Positions 27,037 to 39,471 of a stretch of 64,000 bases of DNA are shown here, piece after piece. This DNA comes from Botryllus schlosseri (taxonomy: Eukaryota), in NCBI GenBank assembly GCA_051294905.1, contig CM119371.1, forward strand, positions 1 to 64,000. The letters are read 5' to 3'. The notes under the pieces were generated by a model. It was not told the origin of the DNA. It was given only the letters and a program-made list of their open reading frames with translations, and searched no databases. Every line of letters begins with the position of its first letter. Position 1 is the first letter of the stretch. The translations under genes were made by a program, and so were the position numbers.

Positions 27037-27825
27037 CAGGGGCGGCCAACCCGCGGCCCGCGAGAAGGTTTTGTGTTGCCTGCGAGGTAATTCTCGAAAT
27101 TAGTTGCAACATCAGGTAAAATGGCAAGGCCAACCAAAATTTCATTAGTCTGACGGCGAAATTTGATAATGACTCAAATGATCAGTTCTGACGCATTGGC
27201 ATAGTTAGGTTACAGCCACATTTATCGCAGATCTTATTATATGGCCTTGAAGTAGAATATTTCACAGCAGATTTCTTTGACTTGAAGTTTTTCTTGGCAC
27301 TTTGTATGATTTATTGTCACTCAATTTCTTGCATTTAGTATTGGAGCCCTCCTGAAAATTATAAATACGCGTAATTTGCAGAATCGTGTCGTTCAACATG
27401 CGACATCGCTTGTGTGCTCGCAGCTAGATCGTCGGCGATGAAACTTCGCACAAAATGATAGAGGCATGTTCACCGAAACTTTCGATATTGCTATCTCTAA
27501 ACGCTGAATTATCCTGTCCTATACAAAGGCAACCCCAATATATGCAAGTAACATATTTATTGATCGAATTCATTTGTTATCTTTGAAAAAGTTTCACGCC
27601 TAGCGCAGCCAGGACATGAATGCACAGCTGCACTTTGCACACATAGTTATCATGACATAATTGTATCAAAATTAATGCGTAGTAATGTAAGTATTGTTTT
27701 CAACGTTACCTAATTCGGTACGCTCCTATCGGACGACTAAAAAAAGGTCATCAACATTCAAGTGGCCCGCGTAATTGTTCCTAAATCTCGTGTGTCCCTT
27801 TGGCCGAAAAGGTTCGCCACCTCTG
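27037..27825 (+). mobile_element. hAT MITE (related copy 56682-57347)
   Basis: TIR CAGGGGCGGCCAACC/GGTTCGCCACCTCTG; TSD gtataagt/gtataatt. Confidence 0.85.
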
Positions 27826-28988
27826 GTATAATTGCTGTCATAGTTATCATTTTGACCTAATACATCAGCCATTATTACTCTGGTAGTATTATAGGCTATA
27901 TAATTTCATACTCTCCTTGCCTTTCAGTATACAGTTGTGTGGTCTTTTTTCAGGATAATTCAGAACCAACCCAATCATACATCTTGACACTCAAGAGACC
28001 AAGTGGACGGTGCACTTCGACGGGCTAGTGATAAATGACGTGGTAGATTTCTCATTTGCTTTAGCTTTGTGTCACTGCATTGGGTATTCAATATCCAGTT
28101 CGCGAGCGGTATGAATAATACTCTACATTTCTTGTCCATCCGCATTGCAAGAATGAAAGGGCTGCGTATGCCGTCTGCAGTCGCTTCAATGGGTGATAAA
28201 AATTGATGTGCAGTTTTGAAATTCAATTGATCATTGATATACAAATTGGTAAGTTATGAAGTAGTTTTGCTATTTGGGGTGCTAAAGTAGATTTTGCCTT
28301 AAGTGATTATGTTTTCGGCATACTTCATTACTTGACAATTTTGATGCTGCAAAATATAAATAGTTATGGAATAGGTTTGTACTGGACCAAATAATTTACT
28401 TTCAAAACTACATGAGTTCTTGTCCAACAATTCATCTTCAGTATGCCGTCTTCAAGCTGCACTATTGTTGAATAAATTCAGTTGTGACGCTCATGAGCTT
28501 GCCTTTACACATTTTTAATATTATTGCTTCTTGCCTGAATATTCGAGTTAGCGTGCTGGTTCTGCTGCAGGCCAAGTCATGGGAATTTTGTTTTTACACA
28601 ATTGCTTTTTCTAGTGCTGCTGTTTATTGTCCATCTGTGCTTGAGCCTGTATATTGCCGGCTGATCTGCTGCAGGTAATTGGCTGTAAATAAATGAGCTT
28701 TTTGCTATACATTTGCGAACAATCATGGCCACCGACTACATTGGGTCTTTCTGGTTATAGGTACTGCTAGTACAGGTGCAAGATTTAGGTATAATGTGAG
28801 AGAGAAAAAGAGAGAGTTACAAGCTATGGGCTTGTATTGAGTTAACAAGAATTAGCTTGTAAGCTTGTAATGAGTTACTAGAAAAAGCCTGTAAGCTAGT
28901 AATCGAGTCTAGCATGTTTTTTCTTGTTTATTAACAAGAATAATTTTTACAGTGTAGGTGTGTGCTGAACCGATAGTAGCCTCTACCG

Positions 28989-31001
28989 CAGTGGTTCCCA
29001 AACTTTTCGGGTGTGAGGGCCGAATTTGGAATTTCGGAGTACGGTCGGGGCCGCACGAATACTACGGCTATGAAACGGAACCAAACAGTCATCATGGCTA
29101 TTTCGGAGTAGTTTTAGTGACCTAGCGAGATTTCAAAACTGTACACTGTTTACAGCTACTTAATTATCTGCTGCATTGGGTGTCCGTTGAGTGAATCGGC
29201 TATTCTCGCCTAAACGCGCCAAGCGCGAGAAATTCATCCAGTTTCATGACTGAATCGGCCAATATGATCGGTAATTGCATGTATTCCTATCAATTTTAAT
29301 CCTGTATCTGTTCACGTAATCTGATTTACCGGTAGAGCTGAGTGAGATGTGTTTAAAAAGGTATAGGCCCCCTCAATAGTAATTAAACATCTCCGGGGGT
29401 ATACCCGTTGGCAGAAACGGAACAGCACTTCGTCAGGACCCCGGGCTCCCATAAGGTCATAAACTGACCCCGCATCACGTTGTTCGCTTTTGCCACGAAA
29501 TTAAAGTTGTACTGTTAAGTGAGACAGCGCGAATATTTCGATAATTCATGATAAAATCGGTGAATAAGATCGGGAATTGCATGGTTGTCCTCTTTGCCCA
29601 CGTAATCAGATTTACCGGTAGAGCTGAGTGAGAGGTGTCTTTGAAACTACAAACCCTGTAAAATTAAACCTCTTCGGGCGGGTGGACCCCTATGTATGAC
29701 TTCTTTACATGATGTTATTTCGTGACCTGCTGTCTGCTATATCAAAAAATGTAGAATTGCCAAAACCTACTAAACTGAAAGATCACACGATTTCAGATTA
29801 TTATTTCTTAACTGGCATATAATTTTCTTTCCTGCGGGATGGTATTGTTCTTGTGAGGTTCAGATTGCCAAGACAGGAACATTCGGTGCCAGTATTTAGG
29901 CGCCTACATGGACATTGGACAATTAAACCTATATGTATTTTGTATATATAACGAAGTTTTGGTATTTCAATGTTTTCGGTCAGCATAAAAGCAGTCCTTT
30001 ACGGCCAAGGGTTTCTCGCTGCCGATCGTTCTGATACACTTCTTGAAGTCACATGATACATGGCCCGTAACTTTATATGTCTTGGTGCGTTGTGGTGCGG
30101 TCATGGCCACCGCTGTTGTGCCCATTTCTATAAATCTTGCGTATTTTTTCTTGGGAAAGATCAAGACATGTGGCGAATCGAAATCGAATCGAAAAAAAAT
30201 TGAAAAAGTTGCCTAAAATTTTAAAAAATACTCTTTTATTTATGCTAATTCACGAAATAATTTTGGCCCCCTTCGAGCTCGGCCCCCTCAATTGGGGGGT
30301 TTGGGGTGCGCCAGTTACGGCCCTGACTACCAATTATGCTGCTTTTAGCCGGCTAAGCAGTATGTGTCTCGGCGTATTCAGCCGTGAGTCATGTGTTGCC
30401 CATTTAGTTATCATAGGGTTACCATACGTCCTCTTTTTTGATTTTTTTAAAGTGTCCTCGGAGGACGCACAAATATCTTCTTTTTTCAGATTTTGTCTTC
30501 TTTTTTGAGGATTTCGGTAACATAGAGGGCCAAATTCGACTGATATACATTAAGTCAGCACTGTAGGAACGCTATGGCAGATATTTCGGGAGCTGAACCG
30601 GAAAGTTGACATTTTTTCAGTCAATCACCTGTAATGTGTAAATAAACTGTATTTTCCGGGGGTTGAGCCTCTTTTTTTAGTCAAGCGACCACGAAGTGGG
30701 AAAGATTTACCATTTTTAAGGATGTTGCTCCGGTTTTGAAAGTTATCAATACCTATTTATATCTATAGCTACTGCTCGTTCAACTGGACAGTTAGGGCAC
30801 ATTGCATTGAAACAGCAGTGACGTAACGTTAGCAGTCTATACTCACAACTTTACTGCAATTCTATAATTAAAAATTACAGAGGCCAAACCAAACCAGAGT
30901 ATTTTATAAATATAAATTTGATTTTTTGTCATAAATCGATTTCTTAATATATTTTTGGGGCCGTAAGAAGGCTATCTGGGGGCCGCGCTTGGGAATCACT
31001 G
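28989..31001 (+). mobile_element. hAT non-autonomous element (long form of 21412-22273)
   Basis: Same TIRs; perfect TSD ctctaccg; about 1.15 kb of extra internal sequence including a partial internal duplication at ~29540-29640. Confidence 0.9.
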
Positions 31002-31399
31002 CTCTACCGCATTGCAGTTTTACTCAAAAGTCGCTATTGATATGTATCGATTTTGACGATGTTCAATGCGGAGTTGCGAGACAAGTTTTATCATGGTATA
31101 TCGCAATTATATCAGCTAACGATTTTCGAACTTTCAAGGCTGTCATTCACCGATTTTGTATTCGAAGTCACGTATGTATACTAGGTGTTCGGTCAAGTGA
31201 AATTATCATACCGCATAACTATGACATATTTACGACAAAGCCGCCATTTCGTTATGTGGTCTTTAATGATGTTCTGTACCAACTGCTGAGACAAGATTTC
31301 GTATGGTTTGTTTTGATGATGTCATCTAACGTTGTGCCGATTTTCAACGCTTTTTTTCAATGATTACGAAAGTAATTTCGTGTCGATGTCCATTATGAC

Positions 31400-32750
31400 C
31401 AGGCCGTGTTATTTTTGGCATATGCCAAAACTGCCAAAAATAACTTATTTTTGGCATTGTTCGATTTTTATTTTTGGCAGTTTTGGCATCGACCTCTAAA
31501 TAGATAGTTGTAGCCTTGAATTAGTCACAAAAACGCATTATTTGGGCTAGTTTGTCAAAAGACACCACAAAATGTGCAGTATCCTCGTATAATCAGTGCC
31601 AACAAACAATAAGAAGAAGAAAAAACCTAACGATTTCATAGGTTAATAATATCAAACGAAACCACAAAATGTGCAGTATCCATCGGAATCGGTGCCAATA
31701 AGCAAAAAAAGAAAGAAAGGCCTAAGAAACACGCTCAACAGCTGATTGTTACAGCTGTTGAATCGTTTGCACTGTAACAGTGTTTCGAGACTCAGGTCAG
31801 CTAAGTTTCTCCCAAATCCATTTCTCGCCCAGGGAATCTGGGAAATATCGGCTTCAGCAGTAGCCGTTTAGGGAAAGAATGTTGCCAGCCATCCGCAAAA
31901 GATTTTCAGAGCTTCAAAATCTTTGGAGGGCCGAACAGCCTTCCATGCATCATGAAAAGAGATCACTTCGCCAGTGCCATCGATCTCATCGCGGAAAGAA
32001 TTTTCTTCCCGATCCTTTTCTAGGAGTTCCCTGTGTTGTCTTTCAACGTATTCTATTTAGTAGCCCGACTATCATTTCTCCTTCAGTCTACCGATATATT
32101 TTCGGAGGACTTTTGTCACTTCAGGTGGCTTTAATATTACCAACTCGCATGGAAGAGTCCTGGGAAGGTTAGCTTGTTTAAGAACATTGACGCAACAAGA
32201 CAGCTGTCTGGCAAAACGAGACTATGCGGCTCAGAAATAGCCAGACAGTTTGTTGCGTCGCAATGTTCAACTCGATCACAATGCAAAATTCGTGGTTGAT
32301 TTTGGGGGTTCCAGTTCCATGAGCAGAATATAATTTATATTTTAATAATCAGTACTGAGACAGCTTCTCATTGATACCCGTTTTATCAAATTTATGCTCG
32401 ACAAGCCGGTCAAAAATGCTCGTAAAATTGCCTTTGGACTAATGGAAAGTATGACGTATAAACCAAATGCAGTCAGCCGTTCAATCTCGCTGTGCCCACA
32501 CCATTGAGGACACCATACTTTCACCCCTAATGGGTGGGTTGAACACAGATTAAGAAACATGCCTTTCACAAACGCTCGTCTCGCTTGTAACGCGGTCCTG
32601 TTAACACAACATCATGATACAAAGACACTATTTGGCAGGCCGTGTTATTTTTGGCATATGCCAAAAATTGCTTATTTTTGGCATTTTCGAATTTTTATTT
32701 TTGGCAGTTTTGGCATCTGGCTCCTGAAATGCCAAAAATAACACGGCCTG
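31400..32750 (+). mobile_element. hAT-like element with its left end duplicated at 32636
   Basis: TIR CAGGCCGTGTTATTTTTGGCA and its reverse complement; TSD attatgac/attattac; TTTTGGCA repeats. Confidence 0.85.
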
Positions 32751-32759
32751 ATTATTACC

Positions 32760-34030
32760 CAATCCTTCAATCACAACTTGGACCAGTGTAGGATGATATA
32801 ATCAATAAATACCATATGTAGTCCTATATCCCGACTCGGTACAGAACACATTGAAAATCCCAACCGAACGATCCCGGCAATTGCGTAAATTCTGTTATGC
32901 GGTATTGGCCTTCCAGAGTTTACCCGCCGCATTATACACTTGACTTATGTAACGGAATTAATGCCTTAATCATCGAATAAAAGTCTTAAAACTAAGTACA
33001 TCGTAAGCTGATACAATCAAGATATACAATGTGAAATATACAATGTGAACTCTGTATAGAAGACCGTCAAAACCAATAGGCCTACATATGAATTAGCGAT
33101 TTTTGCGTATAATCTGCTATAGGGTTGCTGTGAGCACGAAACAATATTCGTAAGCAGTTTATTACTTCGGCTGAAATGAACTAATACCTTGACTACGATA
33201 CTCGCAATACCAACAGTTAAGACAACAGCAACATACATGAAGAACGGTTCTCAGTACGCGAAACAGGTAGACAGTCTGCAATCATTACAGTCCACGCCAG
33301 TACATTACGACGGATGATCTTTAACACAGAAAGGTAATCACAACAAAACTGAAGTCGGTACCAATTTGAAACCAAACATACAACAGGGGTATAGCCTACG
33401 TTCGGCCCGACGCACACCTATACATAGTCGATTTGGGCAACGTATTAAATACCCAAATCATTGAGTGGCAGCCTTGAGACTTGTCACCCCGTTAGTTGAT
33501 ATATTCAAGATATATACCATGCAAAATCTTGTCTCCCAACTTCGTATCGAACTCAGTCAATATCAACAGACGCCAATAGCGACTTTCACGTAAAATCTGT
33601 TATGCGGTATGCTTGTGCCAGTTCAGCGCACGCTGTCGATTCCGACAAGCCATTGCTTCCCTACTCTCATAGTGAACAACTTGAAAGTCGGCATAATGTT
33701 TGATAACATCCTCAATATATACCATGCCATATCTCGTGACCGATCACGATACATAACACAATCAAAATAGGCACAGACCGATTACAACTTCCGCTTTAAA
33801 TCACTGCTTCAGATGGATCGACAATAACATACTCGACTTTTCTAACGAAATTGCTGCCATAAGCATTGAGTAACGGCTTTGAAACTCAGCATAGTCTTTG
33901 ATGACATCATTAGGATATACAATATCTAATCTTGCCACCCATCTCGATATAAAACATCTTCAAACTCAATATATACCAATACCGACTTTGCATTGAATCA
34001 GTGCTGCAAAACGATATTCAATAACAAAGT
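32760..34030 (+). repeat. Highly diverged array of the ~190-200 bp repeat family seen at 15.8-16.7 kb and 46 kb
   Basis: CCAATA.CGACTT..CGTAAAATCTG and ATATACCATGC motifs recur at about 0.2-kb spacing. Confidence 0.65.
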
Positions 34031-34218
34031 GGGCTACCCAATCAGAGTGTGATTAACCGTCAGTGTCCACATCACCTTTGAGTACACGCTGGTGGTGCGG
34101 GTGAATAACGGCAGTGACGTGTCGGCGGGCTTCCCTGCACATGTTAGTCGTTTGTGTTTGAGAAACGTGCAGTATTCTAAGGGTTCTGTAATTTCGTTAT
34201 ATTTTGTTCGTTTCAGAG

Positions 34219-34713
34219 CAGTGGTTCCCAAACGGCGGGGAATTCCCCACTGGTGAGGAATTCAACGGTCTCTGGTGGGGAAGAGACCGATTTGGTAGAC
34301 GCTATATACAGGACAGTCTATGTATTAACGAACACACATGCGCAAATACCGTTGCCAGTTAACTGCTCTGGAATGTATGTATCGAAAATTTGATTACGTT
34401 TTGTTCACAAAAACTCATTTTTACCTTCGGATAACCAATGATGGCGTCACAAACACATCCAGTACCACCAGTATGGCGTGAAATAACGCTTTTGCTAAAA
34501 TTTTGAGGGACAGGTATCGGTCCGCAATACGTTGTATGTTGCACTGTTGCAGTTATATCGGGGATTGTCTTGCGTACTGGTGTAGTTCTGTGTCTTATGT
34601 ACTCAAACAAGCAAATAGCTGCCCGTAATGAAAAGAAGTTTTGGGAAGTGGGGAATGAAGGCTCGGAATAAATCTGAAGTGGGGAATGAAGACAAAAAGG
34701 TTGAGAACCACCG
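34219..34713 (+). mobile_element. hAT MITE
   Basis: TIR CAGTGGTTCCCAA/TTGAGAACCACCG; GGGGAAT subterminal motifs; TSD tttcagag/ttttatag. Confidence 0.75.
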
Positions 34714-34993
34714 TTTTATAGCGAGTAACAATATTGTTAACCGTTCAATAAATGTTATGAAAATTATGATGTCTTCTGGAAGAGCGACGTGTTAGCAACA
34801 AGACTGCCGATGAAGAAGTATATTAATGTAACAGTCCGCAGATCGCAACTGACTTCAATCAGATAAGAGAAAGTAACTGTTACATACCGTACTTCACCGT
34901 TATGAGTAAGATTAAAAAGAAATATACCTGCTTATCAAAAACATTAACTCCAACGTACTCGGTGTACCAGAACGCATTCAACATGAGTCATAG

Positions 34994-35471
34994 CAGGCTT
35001 GTAATGTAACTCGAGTCAGAATCGAGTCGCAATTAAATGTTTACTCGACTTGACTCGAGTCACTTTCGTATGATTCGAACAAGTCATACGATTTGCCACA
35101 ATCTAAACGACCTCTTCGAGTCTCATATATCAGGACCAATAATTGAAAAATAGGCATATACTGTCTCACATCTATTTGAATAAATATCTTTAGAGTGAGT
35201 AAAATGAGTAGAATAATATGAATCCGCGGCCTCCGATATCATCCAAGAGTTACACTGAAGTGAGTTGAGCTCGATAAAGAACAGTAAACACTATGACTTG
35301 CACTTGGACGCGAGCCTCTATTTTATGACTCGTAATTGACCCGTTGCTCATTGAATTGGACTCGAACCTGACTCGGTAGTGAATTGAAAATGACTCGACA
35401 TGATTAGAGTCAACACTATATAAGTCAAATTGACTGACGACTAGGAACCTTGTGACTTAGTTACAATCCTG
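34994..35471 (+). mobile_element. hAT MITE with GACTCG repeats (fragments also at ~42010-42192 and 3551-3576)
   Basis: TIR CAGGCTTGTAA/TTACAATCCTG; TSD agtcatag/agtcataa. Confidence 0.8.
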
Positions 35472-35479
35472 AGTCATAA

Positions 35480-35675
35480 CGTAGTGGTATAATCTACAGC
35501 CGCAACACCAATGGGTTGCGGGTACGAGTGCGATCGAGATCGGCTACAGAATTAATATCCAAGTGTTGTAGGTTTATCTAGCTGCTCCTCGCCCTCTCAT
35601 CCGGGTAAACGGTGACCTAAAAAGTCTAGAAGTGAACCGTGCTACAAGTCGGCAACTATGGTATCAAAATAAAGG
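35480..35675 (+). mobile_element. Diverged tRNA-derived SINE (same family as 38840-39100)
   Basis: CGTAGTGGT...GCAACACCAATGGGT.GCGGGT.CGAGT and CCGTGCTA.AAGTCGGCA are shared with the reverse complement of 38840-39100. Confidence 0.7.
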
Positions 35676-38266
35676 AAATCGACGTGGTGTATATGACCAC
35701 TGTACTGTACATATGTCCAATGACCATGAATGCACAAACAACAACTTGTCAACTCAAAATCTTTGCAAAGAGTTATAAATCGTAACAGCCAACTTCGCCT
35801 TCAACTTTACTCATACATGTTCGTCAAACAAGACCGGCGTTATCTATAATGCTCATCACTACCAGTATCCAGTTCAAGGAAGCGGAAAATATATCAACAG
35901 CATAGTTGAAATACAATAGGGAGTCGCAACTCGCAATCCCACGCGTTGATTGTGCAGTGTGCATGCAAGCAGATAGGCCTATATTGTTCTGTTCCAATTT
36001 CGAAAATTGATATATGCGTAAATCATAGAGCATGTTCCAATTATTGCTGAAGTTTGACAGCGATGCAAATCGTGTAACTGCGTGATGCGTCAACGAAATT
36101 AAACATGTGCGCTATATACTTGGAAATTCGCTTCTGCGACGATGTTTCAGGTGGAAGTGATTGCCTGGTTATTAGCCTATCTGTTTATGTCTTTTTGATA
36201 TTCATATGGGGTTGGAACCACACTATCTATTTTACACCAGGACGATATTATTTATTCATGATTCCTGAGTTGCCAAGTTATAGCCAGGGCATGATATGGT
36301 ATGGAATGGAAAATTTCCATACTTCATACCCTCTGTCTTGTTCCATACCACACTTACAAGCTTTCATACCATAGCAAAATTTTTCCATACACTATTTGAT
36401 ACTATTACCATACTTTCGCTGTTGCTCAGATTCAGCGATAATATGCTATTTTTGACGTGTGGAACATTTCAGGTGTTTATATTCCAATTATTTTGGATGA
36501 AATTATCCATTTAAACAGCCCTGATGCATAAATACTATCTCGAATATTTTTGTGTTACGGCGCAGCGATGCAAGTTGCCTAACATCGAAATCCCAACGTA
36601 AAATATGTACGGGATTATTTGGGTATCACTCACAATGTAGGAGCTCATGACACGTAAATCCAGTGGGGTAACGCACTGACCATTTATCTGAAGATATCAT
36701 CTACAAAATTACACAAGGCAAATATATTGTCACATTACAATATTTCTTACGATACAATTTTACATCGCTGCAATCATTATGGATGTTTCGACAGCGGATG
36801 AAATGTCCGATTCCCTGCCAATATGTTCGTCATAATCATCAGCTTTATTAGGCAACATCCGTGTGTCAATTATTTTGTCAGAGATAACCAGTTGTAATAA
36901 AGTTACAATGTGTGTTGGAGGCCGGCATGGCGTGGCATCGCTCCGAGACAAGTCACACGTTTTTTTAATTACATTAATACGTATAGGTCAAGCATATATT
37001 GTGTGATGATCATCGGAGGAAAGGGCAGGAGATAATCTCCAAGTTCAACAAATTGATATAAATATTCCTGTAACTGCAGCATTATCAGAGTATACGATTT
37101 TAAAACTCCTCTCGGTAGACGCTGTTGAAATCGACAGCGGATTAAATTTCCGATTCCCCTTCCAATGTGAGGGCCATTCATTGGCAAACATCAGGGTGTC
37201 CACTGTCCATTCTTTTATCATAGATAACCAGATTTTGTGAAGTTACAACCCGTGTTTGAGGCCGGTATAGCCTAGCGTCTTCCCGAGACCAGCTACATAT
37301 TTTTGAATTACGATGATGCTTTATTTCAAACAGATATTACGTGATGATCATCCAAGAAAGCGCGGGAATTTACTTCCAAGTTCAACAAATTGCTGTAAAA
37401 ATTCATGCAAATGCTAGGTACACAGAGTCTGTGATATTGAAACTTATCTTGGTATAGTTCACGGAGTGGAAGTAACGACTAGCGAAATGTATGCTGTAAA
37501 CCGACAACGGTCTTATACCTTTCGTTTTTATGATATTAGGAATAGAATAGTTATCATAAATATTATTTTCCTTGATATACGCCAGGGGCTCGTAAGGTAT
37601 GGTTCGCGACTCCAACGCAGATCGTGAAGGGTATAATTCTGGGTCACGACGGCACGAGAGCGTATAATGTAATATTTGCTGAATTTCTTTCAAGGAAAGA
37701 AATTCTGCGTGCTTCGCGCGATTTCCTGTGGGTAATTGGTCCATATCCGGTGTCACGGTATCATGTGCTGTAGCCAATAAGTAAGACACGTGGAAAAGTC
37801 GTTGTTAAAATATGGCTTGATCAAAAAATCGTGCCTTCCTTTGTGATACACATTTAATTCGAGGCCAACTCCTTCCGCGCCTGAACACATGAAAACATGA
37901 AGTTTTAGTCAACACACTGCTGGGCAATGCGCTGTGCCAAACAGAAAAGTGGCGATAAAACCTGGGCTGGTCAAAATTCAAAATTGGCTGTCGCATACAG
38001 GCCAAAAGCATCGATAGTGATATGTCCTCCAAGCGGTTTGCACCGAATAGTTCCTTCCTTGGAATCTGAGTTTACATTATAGTACAAATACAGTGTAGAT
38101 GCGACGCTCCAGGATAATAATGCACCACAATTTGAAATCTCGTGTGATATGTTCCATAGAGCTGCGTTGAGTAGAATTGTAGGCTACTCTGCTCGTTCTT
38201 CATGGTCATTGGTCAGTGGTCACCCATGCCTGTAAAAACGTATCTTACTAATACTACTATGTATTA

Positions 38267-38550
38267 TAGCGAAGCGAGTGGCGCAGTTGGTCAAGTACCA
38301 GTGTCACAATACCAGTGGCAGTGGTTCTAATCCCAGTTCTGACCAACTTCCATGTGTCGGAGGTTATCTGGGCTCCTCATCGCCGATCCCGCTATCGCTA
38401 TACTAATAGGGTATTGAAAAGCCCAGGAACTGAGCATTAGCCACGCTCTCAAAAAAAGTCGGCAGCCGAGACTCGATTACGGACGCATGCAAGAGGATAT
38501 GCCTGAAGAGTGATTGAGAATCGTCCCATGATCAAGCTGAAAATAAAGAT
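38267..38550 (+). mobile_element. tRNA-derived SINE
   Basis: A-box-like TGGCGCAGTTGG and B-box-like GGTTCTAATCCC, followed by a core shared with other SINEs in the window. Confidence 0.7.
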
Positions 38551-38839
38551 TCTTGACCGTATACACTGTATCGCATAGTCGATTCATTTGAACTGCACAA
38601 TGTCTTTATCGTGACGCACAAGGCCTAAACGGCGATAAGCGTCACTACAATACCGCGTGGAATAATAATAATGAAAAATTGTTATTTTTGATGTTGAGGT
38701 TGGGTCGCGAGATGCTATTATAACTCAGATATGGATCGCGATCTAAAAAGTCTAAAAACCACTGATTATGCGCGTTTCACAGATTTATGTCTCCAAATCG
38801 ATGTCGACCGGGGTGGGTGAGTATGAGTTGCAGTATAAG

Positions 38840-39100
38840 GTTTGTTTGTTTTGGTGTAGCCTTTTCATGGTGGTTGTCGACTACTGTGGTCATTAACTGT
38901 AACCGTAACTGCCGACTTATAGCACGGCCCACCTCTAGGCTTTTGCAAGACACCGCTGACGCGGATGAGGTGTCGAGGAGGAGCCTAGGTAAGCCTCCAA
39001 CATTTAGGTATCGGAATTCGGAAGTCGACCTCGGTCGGACTCGAACCCGCACCCATTGGTGTTGCAGCCGCGGATCAAACCACTACGCTGTCTCGCCACC
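38840..39100 (-). mobile_element. tRNA-derived SINE
   Basis: Minus strand CAGCGTAGTGGT (A box) ... GGTTCGAGTCC (B box), then the shared core. Confidence 0.75.
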
Positions 39101-39471
39101 TGCGCTGCAATATAAGGTAAGAGGATAGACTCTTCAGTTAAAGATTTTATGAGGTATGTATTCGATATGTCATGGTTCTGGCATCACTGCATGCCAAAGT
39201 ATGGAATTACGGAAGAGAAAGCCCTATACTTGGGAAATTTCCTTACCATATACTTGTAATATTCCATATTTCACACCGAATATTCGTTTCATGCCATCCC
39301 ACACTTCCATACAATGCCGTGCTTATAGCACAGCAGACTTTTGTTACAATCGGCGTGCGGGGATCGAATGGCGTCATGAAGTCGAAACGTATAACGTAAC
39401 AATTTAAGCGCAGACGGTTTAATTCATAATGTAGCAATGGAAGCAAACAACGTTTGAACTATACTATATAG

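Larger units (their letters stand above)
24708..28248 (+). pseudogene. Decayed multi-exon gene inside the EnSpm element (possible accessory gene)
   Basis: Exon-like blocks with AG/GT borders (~24708-24956, 25015-25110, 25788-26188, 27954-28248). MANVQAQLKLKVAYGDRSKVFRV continues after a frameshift as IENYDKDFGWAEF; a basic KAPFKRRRF patch follows. Stops are present. Confidence 0.45.
23092..28954 (+). mobile_element. EnSpm/CACTA-type non-autonomous element (~5.9 kb)
   Basis: TIR CACTGTAAAAATTATTCTTGT and its exact reverse complement; TA on both flanks; GCTTGTAA/TTACAAGC subterminal repeats at both ends. Confidence 0.85.
36285..39321 (+). mobile_element. hAT-type element with CCATAC/GTATGG subterminal repeats, carrying cargo and two SINEs
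   Basis: TIR CAGGGCATGATATGG/CCATACAATGCCGTG; TSD gttatagc/cttatagc. Confidence 0.7.

Noticed and set aside
29800..30160. Possible piggyBac transposase fragment (FYAD...LTRTI..RRK) on the minus strand
   Set aside because: The resemblance is too weak and frameshifted to call without a search, and I found no TTAA/TIR boundaries.
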